The notes beneath the pieces were generated by a model that saw only the letters and a program-made list of their open reading frames with translations, ran no database searches and was not told the origin of the DNA. 64,000 nt of DNA. Origin: Chloroflexota bacterium (lineage in GTDB: Bacteria > Chloroflexota > Limnocylindria > Limnocylindrales > CSP1-4). The translations under genes and the position numbers were made by a program. Numbering within the stretch: position 1 is the first letter of the stretch; the number at the start of each line of letters is the position of its first letter. The stretch is taken from NCBI GenBank assembly GCA_016191425.1, contig JACPOR010000021.1, positions 20,312 through 84,311 of the forward strand. The letters are read 5' to 3'. Shown here one piece after another: positions 47,458 to 57,485 of the stretch.

Positions 47458-48615
47458 ATGACGGATAGGGCCGACGTCATCGTGGTCGGTGGCGGCGCCA
47501 TGGGTGCGAGCATCGCCTATCACCTGGGTGCGGCGCGAGCCGGTCGGATCGTGCTCCTCGAGCGCGAATCCGCACTCGGCCTCGGGTCCACCGGCCGCTG
47601 TGCCGGTGGCTTTCGACACCAGTTCACGAGCGAGATCAACGTCCGACTCTCGCTTGAGAGCGTGCGCATGATCCGCGAGTTCTCGTCAACGCACGGGCTG
47701 CCGCTCGACCTCAGTGTCGACGGCTACCTGTTCCTCGTCCGGGACGCGTCCGCGTGGTCCGAGCATCGCGCCGCCGCGACCATGCAGCGCTCGCTGGGTG
47801 CCCGCGTCGAGGAGGTTGATGCCGCGTTCATCACCGGTCTCGTGCCAGGCCTGAACATGGAGGAAATGGTCGGGGCAACGTTCGGACCCGACGATGGGAT
47901 CGCGGACCCGTCCGGCCTGACCAACGGGTACGCGACGCTTGCCCGGCGCCTCGGGGTCGACATCCGGCTCGGCGTCGATGTCACGACCATCGTGACGGCC
48001 GGGGATGGCAGCTCGGTCACCGGCGTCGAAACCACGGCGGGCCGAATGGATGCACCCATCGTCGTGCTCGCGGCCGGTGTCTGGGCAACCGCCCTTGCCC
48101 GGTCCTGCGGGGTGGAACTGCCGATCGTCCCCGAGCGCCGTCACATCGTGGTGACATCGCCTTTCGCCGGCAGCCCCGGGCGACGCACCCTGGTGATCGA
48201 TACGAGAACGATGTTCTACTTCCATCGGGAGGGTGAGGGTGTCCTGATGGGCATGCCGCCGCGCGACCCGGTCGTCACGTTCGAGACCGCGGTCGATGAC
48301 CGCTGGATCGCAGATGAACTGTTGCCCGTCGCGGTGTCCGTTCTGCCTTCGCTCGAGGACGCAGGGATCGTTGCCAAGTGGTCGGGCCTCTACGAGATGA
48401 CCCCGGACCATCACGCGATCCTTGGCCCCGTCGAGGGTCTGGATGGGCTGTACCTGGCCGGCGGTTTCTCAGGGCATGGATTTCAGCATGCTCCCATCGT
48501 CGGGAAGATCCTCGCGGACCTCGTGACCGGAACACCGCCCCCGGTTGATGTTGCCGCGCTGCGCCTCGAGCGCTTTGACCGAGGCGAACTCATCGGGGAG
48601 TCGCACGTCGTCTGA
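47458..48615 (+). CDS. FAD-dependent oxidoreductase (DAO family; sarcosine oxidase beta / glycine oxidase-like)
   Basis: DVIVVGGGAMGASIAYHL Rossmann motif. C-terminal GGFSGHGFQHAPIVG. Confidence 0.8.
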   Translation: MTDRADVIVVGGGAMGASIAYHLGAARAGRIVLLERESALGLGSTGRCAGGFRHQFTSEINVRLSLESVRMIREFSSTHGLPLDLSVDGYLFLVRDASAWSEHRAAATMQRSLGARVEEVDAAFITGLVPGLNMEEMVGATFGPDDGIADPSGLTNGYATLARRLGVDIRLGVDVTTIVTAGDGSSVTGVETTAGRMDAPIVVLAAGVWATALARSCGVELPIVPERRHIVVTSPFAGSPGRRTLVIDTRTMFYFHREGEGVLMGMPPRDPVVTFETAVDDRWIADELLPVAVSVLPSLEDAGIVAKWSGLYEMTPDHHAILGPVEGLDGLYLAGGFSGHGFQHAPIVGKILADLVTGTPPPVDVAALRLERFDRGELIGESHVV

Positions 48616-48796
48616 CCAGCGCTCGGGTCTGTTCGTCGCGCCCGCGGCGCCGGTGCGGCGGCACGCTCGGCGCCGACGCTGGTCGGCCCGTCCATCCTCG
48701 ACATAGAGGAACGCCGCGTCGCCCTCACTTCGCCAGTCACTGCCCCACATCTCGGGCTGGGTCGCAGCCGCTCGGCGAGCGCGCCATACTCAACGA

Positions 48797-50221
48797 GTGA
48801 GCGAACATGAGGCCGAGCGCGCCACCGGGACTACCCGCACCGAGTCCGACTCGATGGGCGCCATCGACGTCCCCGCAGAGCACCACTGGGGTGCCCAAAC
48901 CCAGCGCAGCCTCCACCACTTCGCGATCAGCCACGACACGATGCCGCCGGGGATCATCCGCGCCTTCGGGATCCTGAAGCGGGCGGCGGCCGAGGTGAAC
49001 GCAGAGCTGGGCCTGCTGGCGCCCGACCAGCGCGAACTCATCGTTCGGGCCTCGGACGAGGTGGCAAGCGGCGCGCACGCGGCGGAATTCCCGCTCCGGG
49101 TGTGGCAGACCGGGTCCGGTACGCAGTCGAACATGAACGTCAACGAGGTGATCGCAAGCCGCGCCAATGAGCTGGCAACCGGGAATCGCGGCGGGAAGAG
49201 CCCGATCCACCCGAACGACGATGTCAACCGCAGCCAGTCGAGCAACGACACCTTCCCGACGGCGCTCCACGTGGCCGTCGCGATGGCAATCGTCGATGAT
49301 CTGATTCCGAACGTTCGCTCCCTCCGCGATGCCCTCGATGCGAAGCGCGCCGAATTCGATGGGATCGTGAAAATCGGTCGGACGCACCTCCAGGACGCCG
49401 TTCCCCTGACTCTCGGTCAGGAGTTCAGCGGCTACGTCGCGCAGCTCGACGGCGGGATCGTTCGGCTGGAGGCCGCGCTGCCTGGCCTGTACGAGATCGC
49501 GCTCGGTGGGACGGCGGTCGGGACGGGCCTGAACGCGCACCCGGAATTCGGCGTCCGGGTCGCCCGTCGCATCGCCGACCTGACCGGTCGTCCCTTCGTC
49601 ACTGCCCCGAACAAGTTCCAGGCTCTCGCCGGCCAGGAGGCCACGGTCTTCGCGTCCGCCGCCCTCAAGACGCTGGCCACGAGCCTCATGAAGGTTGCCA
49701 ACGACATCCGCTGGCTCGGTTCCGGCCCGCGTGCCGGCCTGGGCGAGCTACGACTCCCGGAGAACGAGCCGGGGTCCTCGATCATGCCGGGCAAGGTGAA
49801 CCCGACCCAGTCCGAGATGCTGACGATGGTCTGCGTCCAGGTTTTCGGGTACGACACGGCCATCACCTTTGCCGGCTCGCAGGGCAACTTCGAGCTCAAC
49901 GTCTTCAAGCCACTCATCGCCCACGATCTCCTTCACGGGATCGAACTCCTGACCGACGGCTGTCGGTCCTTCCGCGAGTTCTGCGTCGAGGGTCTCGAGC
50001 CGGACGTCGCGCGGATCAGTTCGCACGTGGCGAGTTCGCTGATGCTCGTGACCGCGCTGGCGCCGTCGATCGGCTACGACAAGGCTGCCGAGATCGCCAA
50101 GAAGGCGCACCACGAGGGCACGACGCTCCGGGAGGCGGCTCTCGCTCTCGGATACCTCAGCGCGGCCGAGTTCGACGCGGCGATCGACCCGGCGGTGATG
50201 ACGCGGCCGACCGTCGGCTGA
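48797..50221 (+). CDS. fumC: class II fumarate hydratase
   Basis: [19 protein letters not shown] and the [15 protein letters not shown] signature. Confidence 0.95.
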   Translation: MSEHEAERATGTTRTESDSMGAIDVPAEHHWGAQTQRSLHHFAISHDTMPPGIIRAFGILKRAAAEVNAELGLLAPDQRELIVRASDEVASGAHAAEFPLRVWQTGSGTQSNMNVNEVIASRANELATGNRGGKSPIHPNDDVNRSQSSNDTFPTALHVAVAMAIVDDLIPNVRSLRDALDAKRAEFDGIVKIGRTHLQDAVPLTLGQEFSGYVAQLDGGIVRLEAALPGLYEIALGGTAVGTGLNAHPEFGVRVARRIADLTGRPFVTAPNKFQALAGQEATVFASAALKTLATSLMKVANDIRWLGSGPRAGLGELRLPENEPGSSIMPGKVNPTQSEMLTMVCVQVFGYDTAITFAGSQGNFELNVFKPLIAHDLLHGIELLTDGCRSFREFCVEGLEPDVARISSHVASSLMLVTALAPSIGYDKAAEIAKKAHHEGTTLREAALALGYLSAAEFDAAIDPAVMTRPTVG

Positions 50222-50335
50222 AGGCGGCGAGGAGTCAGCCAGGTCCGCGGCGAGGAGTCAGCCAGGTCCGCGGCCGGGTCGCCAGGTCCGCGGCCGGGTC
50301 GCCAGGTCCTCGGCGCGGTCCGCGGGGACGACAGG
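50222..50335. repeat. tandem repeats (ggcgaggagtcagccaggtccgc x2; ggccgggtcgccaggtccgc x2 plus decay) directly after the fumC stop
   Basis: Read directly. Confidence 0.85.
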
Positions 50336-50413
50336 GCACGCACACGGGACGGTGGCAAGCGACGTACGAACGGTGCCAGCACGTTCACGGGACCGTGACG
50401 GCAAGCGAGCCAT

Positions 50414-50767
50414 CTACCTCTTCGGCGGGAGCGTCCGGGTGAACAGGATCGCCCTCGCAAGCCATGCGTCGAGGTCGGCGTCACTCGCAGCGACATACGC
50501 TGGAAGGACCACGTAACGGCCCATCGAGCGACCGGGCATCGGCTCGAATGGATGCGCGCCGGGGATCTCCAGCAGGGCCTTACGGTCCGGCTCGGAGACG
50601 CGCACCCACCACTGCTCGGCAAAGAGACCCGTGAGCATGTTGCCGCCGATCCACGCGCATGGATAGCCGAACATCGGCCGCAGCGTGATGTCGGGTCCCG
50701 CGTTCCGATCGAGGGCTGCCCCGAATCGTGCCACGAGCTCCGGTGACGACTTCTCGAACCTCGGCAC
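50414..50767 (-). CDS. TfoX N-terminal domain family protein
   Basis: RPMFGYPCAWIGGNMLTGLFAEQWWVRV..FEPMPGRSMGRYVVLP matches the TfoX_N pattern. Confidence 0.75.
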   Translation of the reverse strand: MPRFEKSSPELVARFGAALDRNAGPDITLRPMFGYPCAWIGGNMLTGLFAEQWWVRVSEPDRKALLEIPGAHPFEPMPGRSMGRYVVLPAYVAASDADLDAWLARAILFTRTLPPKR

Positions 50768-50871
50768 GACACGTTCTCCAATGGGTGGGACCGGCTGGGC
50801 CGGACCGGCTGGGTGGGACCGGGCTGCCTCGGTTCCATGTTCCTGGAACCCGAGCCGGCCGGGTCACCGGA

Positions 50872-51273
50872 ATGGCCACGTTTGACGAAATCATCCGCCT
50901 GCCCGAAGGTGGGTGTCCAGTCGCCATCGCCGGGCTCTCATTCGCCGGTCCGAAGCGCGCGACGGATCGGAATGTCCAGATGTCCAGAACGTCGTTCACC
51001 TCGCCCGCGACGACCATCGTCGTGAGCACCACCGGCTATTTCGACGTGTACCCGCCGACCGGTCGTGCCAACAGTGACAAGCCGGCCTATCGCGGCCGGT
51101 TGGCCGAGCTTGGATCAGGCATGCGCGGGCTCGATGACCGGTTGGGCGTCCGTCCCGACTCGATCGCCCTCGCGAATGCGGTCGCGGCGTGGTCCGACAT
51201 TCACGGCACTGCGGCACTCGCGGGCGGCATGGGTGCCGGGCGAGATGGCAACGAGGAGTCAGCCCAGGGGTGA
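50872..51273 (+). CDS. hypothetical protein (133 aa)
   Basis: An internal ATG of ORF 50728..51273. GC3 is moderately high. No family recognised. Confidence 0.3.
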   Translation: MATFDEIIRLPEGGCPVAIAGLSFAGPKRATDRNVQMSRTSFTSPATTIVVSTTGYFDVYPPTGRANSDKPAYRGRLAELGSGMRGLDDRLGVRPDSIALANAVAAWSDIHGTAALAGGMGAGRDGNEESAQG

Positions 51274-51362
51274 CGGTCCTCGGCCTCGCGGTGCGCCCTC
51301 GGCGGCACGCTTCCTGGCAGCAGGTGGCTCCGTGAGGGACACTGGCGCCTGACCGGAACTGC

Positions 51363-52325
51363 GTGGAGCCCATGATCGTGACCGACCAGACGACCGAACA
51401 GGAACGGCCCCCGGGACCCGTCCCGCCTGAGCTTCAGCGTGCCCGCTGGAACGCAATCATCAAGGCAGGCCCCACGACGATCGCCGACGGCGCCATGGGC
51501 ACGATGCTCTTCGCGTCAGGGTTGCAGTTCGGCGACCCCCCCGAGTTCTGGAACCTGACCCAGCCGGACGTCATCCGTCGGATCCACCGCGGCTACCTCG
51601 ACGCCGGCTCGCGAATCCTGCTCACCAACACCTTCGGGGGCAACCGGTTGCGGATGAGCCTCCATGGCAACGAGCACCGCGTGTCCGAGTTCAACCAGAT
51701 GGCCGCGCTGCTGCTTCGGGCCGAGGTGGAATCCGCGGGATCCGATGCGCTCGTTGCGGGTGACATCGGGCCGTCGGGTTCGATCATGATGCCCATCGGG
51801 ACCCTCGATTTCGACGAGGCGGTCGATGTCTTCGCCGAGCAGGCGACCGCGCTGGTCGCCGGTGGCGTCGATGTCGTCTGGATCGAGACGATGTCTGATC
51901 TTCAGGAAATCCGGGCGGCGATCGCCGGTGTTCGCCAGGTTGCTCCATCGATCCCGGTCATCGCGACCATGACCTTTGACACGCGCGGCCACACGATGAT
52001 GGGCGTCAAGCCCGAGGCAGCGGTCCACGCACTGGCCGAATGGGGTGCCGATGGGATCGGCGGGAATTGTGGCAACGGCCCCGCGGAGATCATCCCGGTC
52101 ATCACGAAGATGCGGATCGCCGAACCGGACGTAACCCTGGTCGCAAAGTCGAACGCCGGCATGCCCGAACTCGTGGACATGATGGCCGTCTATCGAGCCG
52201 AGCCGGCGGCGATGGCCGATTACGCGATCCAGATTCGCGATGCCGGCGCGTCGATCATCGGCGCCTGCTGCGGCTCGACCCCGGCGCACCTCGCGGCCAT
52301 GGCCGAGGCGCTCCGCACGCGCTAG
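51363..52325 (+). CDS. stand-alone homocysteine S-methyltransferase domain protein (MetH N-terminal / BHMT / MmuM-like)
   Basis: ADGAMGTML, LLTNTFGGN, GGNCGNGP, IGACCGSTP (Zn-binding Cys motifs). Confidence 0.85.
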   Translation: MEPMIVTDQTTEQERPPGPVPPELQRARWNAIIKAGPTTIADGAMGTMLFASGLQFGDPPEFWNLTQPDVIRRIHRGYLDAGSRILLTNTFGGNRLRMSLHGNEHRVSEFNQMAALLLRAEVESAGSDALVAGDIGPSGSIMMPIGTLDFDEAVDVFAEQATALVAGGVDVVWIETMSDLQEIRAAIAGVRQVAPSIPVIATMTFDTRGHTMMGVKPEAAVHALAEWGADGIGGNCGNGPAEIIPVITKMRIAEPDVTLVAKSNAGMPELVDMMAVYRAEPAAMADYAIQIRDAGASIIGACCGSTPAHLAAMAEALRTR

Positions 52326-52410
52326 CGATCGACCGAGGTCACGGCGAGCCCTCAGCGATCGACCGAGGTCACGGCGAGCCCTCAGCGATCGACCGAGGTC
52401 ACGGCGCGGC
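52326..52410. repeat. three 30-bp tandem units (cgatcgaccgaggtcacggcgagccctcag) filling the gap between two convergent stop codons
   Basis: Units 1-2 are identical. Unit 3 carries the real META-gene stop (tca at 52399-52401). Each unit carries tcacggcg. The array starts 1 nt after the upstream TAG. Confidence 0.95.
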
Positions 52411-53211
52411 CCGAAGGGTGAGTCCGACGGCGCCGTTCGTCAGCGTCAGAGCATCGGCCTCGATCCGGTACCCGATCACTCCATTGAGCGCCAGTAGCAC
52501 GGATTGCTCGAGCTCCATGACGTCCGAGCCGCATATCTTCTTCGTGAGGCCGAGTACCCCGAACGTGATCGTGGCGTTTGAAATCACCGCCTCGGCGGAT
52601 CCGGCGTTGCAGCCGGCCTGAACGTCCACGCGACCGCTCGAGAAGGTCAATACGGCCGTCGCCCCGAGGGGCACGCTCGACGCGGCGTCGCCCTGGATGA
52701 TCCCGTCCACGGTCCAGGGTGTCCCGAGCAGTGGGCGATCCGGATCGGCGACGGTACGATCGAGCAGGGTCACCCGAATACCGTTGCCGGTGAGGGTCAG
52801 TGCGTCACCGTCGAGTGCGATCGCCGAGCCGCTCAGGATCGCGGCGACCCACTGGTCCTGCGCGGCACGATCCAGCGCGCAGCCCATCTCGGTCGTGATC
52901 ATCTGGGGCACGACAAGTCGGTCACCCTGGATCTGATATGACCCGCCCATCGAATTGCAGCCGGCATCCGCACCGACGGTCCCGCCCTGGAACGAGAGAC
53001 GGATGCGCGTTCCGGCAAGGAGGGTCTGGCCCTCAACTTCGGTCGACAGGAACGTCCGGCCCTCCACGGTTTCGGTACCTGAACTGCCCCGCGGCGCCGC
53101 GGAGGTGCCCGGCGCTCCCGAACCGCCGGGATCCGCCGATGTGTCTGCGGAACAGCCACCCGCCAGGATGCCGGCGAGGAGGGCCAAGGTGATGATCGAC
53201 GGTCTGCGCAT
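52399..53211 (-). CDS. META (HslJ-like) domain lipoprotein, two META repeats
   Basis: Lipobox LAGILAGGCSA. GADAGCNSMGGSY and VQAGCNAGSAE are META motifs. The start is trimmed to ATG 53211. Confidence 0.75.
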   Translation of the reverse strand: MRRPSIITLALLAGILAGGCSADTSADPGGSGAPGTSAAPRGSSGTETVEGRTFLSTEVEGQTLLAGTRIRLSFQGGTVGADAGCNSMGGSYQIQGDRLVVPQMITTEMGCALDRAAQDQWVAAILSGSAIALDGDALTLTGNGIRVTLLDRTVADPDRPLLGTPWTVDGIIQGDAASSVPLGATAVLTFSSGRVDVQAGCNAGSAEAVISNATITFGVLGLTKKICGSDVMELEQSVLLALNGVIGYRIEADALTLTNGAVGLTLRAAP

Positions 53212-53264
53212 GGCCCACAGACGGCGATCGCGCGTCAGAGTTCCCGACTCCAGCCGCGGGCCAC

Positions 53265-53770
53265 TCACATCGAGCGGCGATCAACCGACGTGAATCGGGG
53301 GCCGAATCGACGTGGGGTCAATCCGCTCAGCTCGAGAAGCCGAATGATCCTGGCGCGGTGCCCGATCCAGGGTTCGAGAAGCTCGAGCATCCGCTCATCC
53401 GTCCCACGAGGCTCGCCTGCGAGGGCAAAGGCGACGACGTTCTTCAGATGGAAGTCGCCGACGCTCACCGCGTCGGGATCACCGAGGGCTCGAAACGTGA
53501 CCTCGGCCACCGTCCAGGCGCCTATCCCGGGTAATGCCTGGAGGGTCGAGGCAGCGGATCGGCCGATCATGGCGCGCTCGCCAGGCAAAGCGGCGAAGGT
53601 CTCCAGGTGTTGCGCTTCGCGTGCCGTTCGTCGGATGACGTCGGCGCGACGCTGCTCCACGCCGAACGGGTGGAAGGCGTAGTAGGGAAGTGCCGACAGC
53701 TGCTCCGGGGAAGGCTGGAGGCGCAGCCCCTGGGATGCGGCGACGGGACCGGGAGCCGGTTCGCCGTAAA
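53265..53770 (-). pseudogene. 5'-truncated HhH-GPD DNA glycosylase (AlkA-like) gene
   Basis: The C-terminal half is intact (LPYYAFHPFGVEQRRA..LQALPGIGAWTVAEV..GDPDAVSVGDFHL). Upstream, the frame runs into low-GC DNA and a stop at about 53800. The ~100 N-terminal residues expected for the family are missing. Confidence 0.5.
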
Positions 53771-53782
53771 GCCTATAACGAG

Positions 53783-54001
53783 GTGAAGACCGCGACCTCG
53801 TGCACCAAGCATTTCATTCTCGCTTCTATCCCTGATGCCAAAGTGAGTTGGGCGGGTGTGAATCTTAAGGACGCCACGTCAACGTGGAACAACTGGACCT
53901 CTGGTGCCAGCCAGAGTGCGACGGCCGGTCCATACACCTCCGTCTGGCAGAACAACTACTATGCCTTCACCGCGGAGAGAACTGGGGCAGCCACATGCTG
54001 A
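53783..54001 (+). CDS. candidate 72-aa ORF in the low-GC segment (..SWAGVNLKDATSTWNNWTSGASQSATAGPYTSVWQNNYYAFTAERTGAATC)
   Basis: GTG 53783 is a guess. The ORF is Trp/Asn/Ser/Thr-rich, atypical for this genome. Its stop overlaps the next ATG (ATGCTGA). Confidence 0.3.
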   Translation: MKTATSCTKHFILASIPDAKVSWAGVNLKDATSTWNNWTSGASQSATAGPYTSVWQNNYYAFTAERTGAATC

Positions 54002-54285
54002 GGGATAGAATCGTTCAGAGTTGGCGAACGGTACCGACTCTGGCCTTGGGCTTGGCCGTTCTCGTGGCGCTCCTCGCTGGAAGTGGCAAGGGCCAGGAGG
54101 TTGCCGGAGGGGTGCAGCCGACATGTCCAACCTTCGTCTTTGGGTCGGCGGAGCCGCTCGTCGACCTCTACGCCCCGGATGTCCTGTGCCGCGCCCCGGT
54201 CGACGTACCAGTCTACCCAGGTCCAGCCAAGCACCCTGTAGATCTCCCACCTGGAAGCACGCTAGAGCCGGTACCAGGGACCTGA
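53995..54285 (+). CDS. candidate 96-aa secreted protein in the low-GC segment
   Basis: MLRDRIVQSWRTVPTLALGLAVLVALLAGSG is a signal-like N-terminus. There are two Cys. GC3 is clearly lower than in flanking genes. Confidence 0.4.
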   Translation: MLRDRIVQSWRTVPTLALGLAVLVALLAGSGKGQEVAGGVQPTCPTFVFGSAEPLVDLYAPDVLCRAPVDVPVYPGPAKHPVDLPPGSTLEPVPGT

Positions 54286-54287
54286 GC

Positions 54288-54497
54288 CAGCACTCCAACT
54301 TGCGTATCGGCATCACGCGCGTCGAGGGCCCCGTTCTTGGAGGATGCCCAGAGGTCGCCTGGCTCGTGGCGAGAGTGGCGCCGCGGTACGGTGCCGCGTG
54401 GTGGAACCTGGCGGTGGCGCCTGGCGGTGACGAGGGCCTGGCCTCGTCCGGCGTTGTCGAGGAGTCAATGATCCCGCACCGCCGGCACGGTCCTTGA
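54288..54497 (+). pseudogene. orphan high-GC3 reading frame, possibly the 3' end of a native gene whose 5' end was lost
   Basis: The frame reads ..LRIGITRVEGPVLGGCPEVAWLVARVAPRYGAAWWNLAVAPGGDEGL.. with native-like codon bias but no start. No family recognised. Confidence 0.25.
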
Positions 54498-54580
54498 CGG
54501 CTGGTCACGGTCACCGCCCAACCGGGGGCCGATCAGGGCTCGAACGGTCGCATTGTTGACCGCCACACAATCCGACGGCT

Positions 54581-54700
54581 CAGACGCATCAGACGCATCA
54601 GAACCTTGACTCGCAGGCAGCATCGGTCATCGGTCCGGATAGACCGGGTAGGCCGCGTAGGTCGCGTAGGCCGCGTAGGTCGCGCAAGCCGCGCAGGCCA
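54581..54700. repeat. short tandem repeats (cagacgcat x2; gtaggccgcgtaggtcgc x2 plus decay)
   Basis: Read directly. Lies 3' of the tryptophanase-family gene. Confidence 0.75.
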
Positions 54701-54815
54701 ACCGGAGCGAGCGCAATGCGTGCGGCAGATACTCTCGCCGACCACAGTCGCGGCAGGGGATCTGCTGCGAGCGGTTCCGTCACGGAACCGAACCGCGGGT
54801 CCGCCTCGCGTCCCG

Positions 54816-56192
54816 TCACGCGAGTGGCTCGAACCTCGCCGTGAAGTGGCGGAGTGCGGCAGGCTGATGGACGATCCGCATGCCACGCAGTAGTGCGGCC
54901 CGCTCTGCCACGTACCGGACGACCTCGATCGCGTAGTCGATGTGGCTCTGCGTGTAGGTCCGGCGCGGGATCGCAAGACGCACGAGATCCATTGCGGCCG
55001 CGGTCTCGGAACCATCCGGGTGCTGCCCGAACATGACCGTCCCGATCTCGCAACCCCGAATGCCGCCCTCTCGATAGAGCGCCACGGCCAGCGCCTGGCC
55101 CGGGTACGCGCGGGGCGGAATGTGGGGCAGCAGGGTGCGAGCATCGAGATAGATCGCGTGCCCGCCGAACGGCCGCACCAATGGCACGCCGGCCGCGGCC
55201 AATGCCTCACCGAAATATGCCGTGGACTGGATCCGGTAGCGCAGGTAGTCCTCGTCAACGACCTCGCGAAGACCTTGTGCGATCGCCTCGAGGTCGCGGC
55301 CGGCCAGCCCGCCGTAGGTGACGAAACCCTCGGTCAGGATCAGCAGGTTGCGGCACTGCTCGGCGAGGGCATCGTCGTTCATCGCCAGCCAGCCGCCGAT
55401 GTTGGCCAGCCCGTCCTTCTTGGCCGACATCGTCATGCCATCGGCGAGGGACGCGATCTCGCGCACGATGTCCGGAATCGAGCGGTCACACTGACCGGGT
55501 TCGCGGAGCTTGATGAACCAGGCGTTCTCGGCGAACCGACAGCCGTCGAGAAAGAGCGGGACGCTGTGCCGGTCGCAGACCGCGCGGACCGCGTGAAGGT
55601 TCTCCAGCGACACCGGTTGGCCGCCACCGGAGTTGTTGGTGATCGTGACGAAGACGACCGGCACAGACCCGCGGCGCGCGGTCAGGAACGCGTCGAGCGC
55701 CTCGACGTCCATGTTGCCCTTGAACGGGTGGATCGCCGACGGATCCCGACCCTCGGGAATGACCAGGTCGAAGGCTTCCGCTCCCGTGAATTCCACGTTC
55801 GCCCGGGTCGTGTCGAAGTGGGTGTTGTTCGGGATCGCCTTGCCCGGTCCGCCGATGACCGAGAACAGGATCTTCTCGGCCGCCCGGCCCTGGTGGGTCG
55901 GGATGACGTGCTTGAATGGGAAGAGCTCTTGCACGCTCTCAAGGAACCGGAACCAGCTCGGGCTCCCGGCATATGACTCGTCGCCGTGCTGAATGGCGGC
56001 CCATTGGTCGCGCGACATCGCCCCGGTTCCGGAATCGGTCAGCAGGTCGATGAGGACGTCATCGGCGTGGAGATTGAACAGGTTGTAGCCCGCCGTCTTG
56101 AGGGCGCGCTCGCGCTCCTGGACCGTCGTCATCCGGACCGGCTCGACGGAATGGATCCGGAACGGCTCGACGATGGTCTTCCAGCGGTCCAT
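54816..56192 (-). CDS. tryptophanase / tyrosine phenol-lyase family PLP enzyme
   Basis: IVEPFRI..TAGYNLF..DLLTDSGTGAMS, and the PLP-Lys motif SAKKDGLANIGG. I cannot separate TnaA from TPL by eye. Confidence 0.9.
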   Translation of the reverse strand: MDRWKTIVEPFRIHSVEPVRMTTVQERERALKTAGYNLFNLHADDVLIDLLTDSGTGAMSRDQWAAIQHGDESYAGSPSWFRFLESVQELFPFKHVIPTHQGRAAEKILFSVIGGPGKAIPNNTHFDTTRANVEFTGAEAFDLVIPEGRDPSAIHPFKGNMDVEALDAFLTARRGSVPVVFVTITNNSGGGQPVSLENLHAVRAVCDRHSVPLFLDGCRFAENAWFIKLREPGQCDRSIPDIVREIASLADGMTMSAKKDGLANIGGWLAMNDDALAEQCRNLLILTEGFVTYGGLAGRDLEAIAQGLREVVDEDYLRYRIQSTAYFGEALAAAGVPLVRPFGGHAIYLDARTLLPHIPPRAYPGQALAVALYREGGIRGCEIGTVMFGQHPDGSETAAAMDLVRLAIPRRTYTQSHIDYAIEVVRYVAERAALLRGMRIVHQPAALRHFTARFEPLA

Positions 56193-56305
56193 GGAAGCGA
56201 TGGTACGACGCGCGGCCCAGGATCTGGCAAAGGCCCAGGCGCGTCGCCAGGGCCCTCGTGGTACGTGTCGGGCGGGATCAGCTCAGGTGCGGATCGGCCG
56301 AGGGC

Positions 56306-57403
56306 TCAGCCCGCGTCACCTGGTGTCGGTCCGAAGCGACCGAACTCGTCGCGCTCCGGCCACCCGTTCCAGAGTGCTTCCGGCGCCAGGACCAGGCGCG
56401 AAAGGGCGAGCAGCGGTCGATCGTAGTTGACTCGCCACCCGTTGAAGTCGGCGAAGGCCTCGTCACGGTCGGCGCGAAGCGGAAGCCCTGCTGCCTCGAG
56501 CTCGGCAGCGACCGCGTCGAACTTCTGCCGGGTCACGCTCGTCGGGTCCGAGCGCTGCGGCGCCTGGTCGTACTTGATCCCGAAGAAGTCGGCGATCCGG
56601 CGCAGGGCGATGTACCCCGCTCGGATGGTGAGGTCGGCCTGGACCTCCCGGGGGAGATCGAGGAGCGAGCGCGTCAGGGCGGCCGCATCAAGGACGGCGC
56701 CTGCCGCCACGATCCACGAGTGCTCCGGCTGAGGCGACCGATAGAACGCCAGGGCGGAGAGCGTCGTATGGGACTCCTCGATATCGGCGAACCAGCTCTC
56801 CCAGCGCCGCCATTCATCGGGCAGGACATCGAACCGGCCCAGGCGGTGGTAGCGGCTGAGCATCGCCGTGGCCGAGGCCGGACGGTCGGCTCGAACCTCG
56901 AGAAGGTTCACCTCCAACTCTCGCCGGGCAAACGCCGAGTACATCGTCGGCAGGTAGCCAACGAGCAGCGCAGCGAGCCCGAGGCCGCTGATCGCCTCCA
57001 TGAAACTCAGCACCGTCTCCAGGCCCGTCTTCGGAGTCGCGAATCCCAGGGTGAGGAGGGACGAACCCGACAGCCGGATGGCGTCGCCGGCGCTGTGGTC
57101 GCCGAGCCCCCAGTACATCGCCGAGAACCCGAACAGGACGAGCAGGAGCCAGGTCACCTCGAGAGTCGCCAGGCTCACCGGCGCGTAGTAGGCGAACAGT
57201 CGATCCCGGTCCCGGTAGGGCAGGCGCTTCGGGGCAAACACGTTGAAGACGCGCCGCAGCTCACGGAAGACGAACCCCACGATCATGTCCGGCGCCCCGC
57301 GGGGAAGGATGAATGCCCGGATCGCGGAGAGAAGGGTCCTGGCCACGGTGGCCACACCCAGAACGAACACAGCGGCGTGAAGGATGATGCCCAGGGTCGA
57401 CAA
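56306..57403 (-). CDS. membrane protein of unknown function (3-4 TM N-terminal, ~200-aa cytoplasmic C-terminal; weak two-TM channel-like pore segment)
   Basis: 365-aa ORF with native codon bias. SSLLTLGFATPKTG vaguely recalls a degenerate K-channel filter region; this is speculative. Confidence 0.55.
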   Translation of the reverse strand: MSTLGIILHAAVFVLGVATVARTLLSAIRAFILPRGAPDMIVGFVFRELRRVFNVFAPKRLPYRDRDRLFAYYAPVSLATLEVTWLLLVLFGFSAMYWGLGDHSAGDAIRLSGSSLLTLGFATPKTGLETVLSFMEAISGLGLAALLVGYLPTMYSAFARRELEVNLLEVRADRPASATAMLSRYHRLGRFDVLPDEWRRWESWFADIEESHTTLSALAFYRSPQPEHSWIVAAGAVLDAAALTRSLLDLPREVQADLTIRAGYIALRRIADFFGIKYDQAPQRSDPTSVTRQKFDAVAAELEAAGLPLRADRDEAFADFNGWRVNYDRPLLALSRLVLAPEALWNGWPERDEFGRFGPTPGDAG

Positions 57404-57485
57404 TACAAGCCCTCTCCTGATGGTTCGGACACGAGCGTAGCCGACGCGCTACCCTCCCGCCAGCGGCTTGACAGAGGAGCACCCC

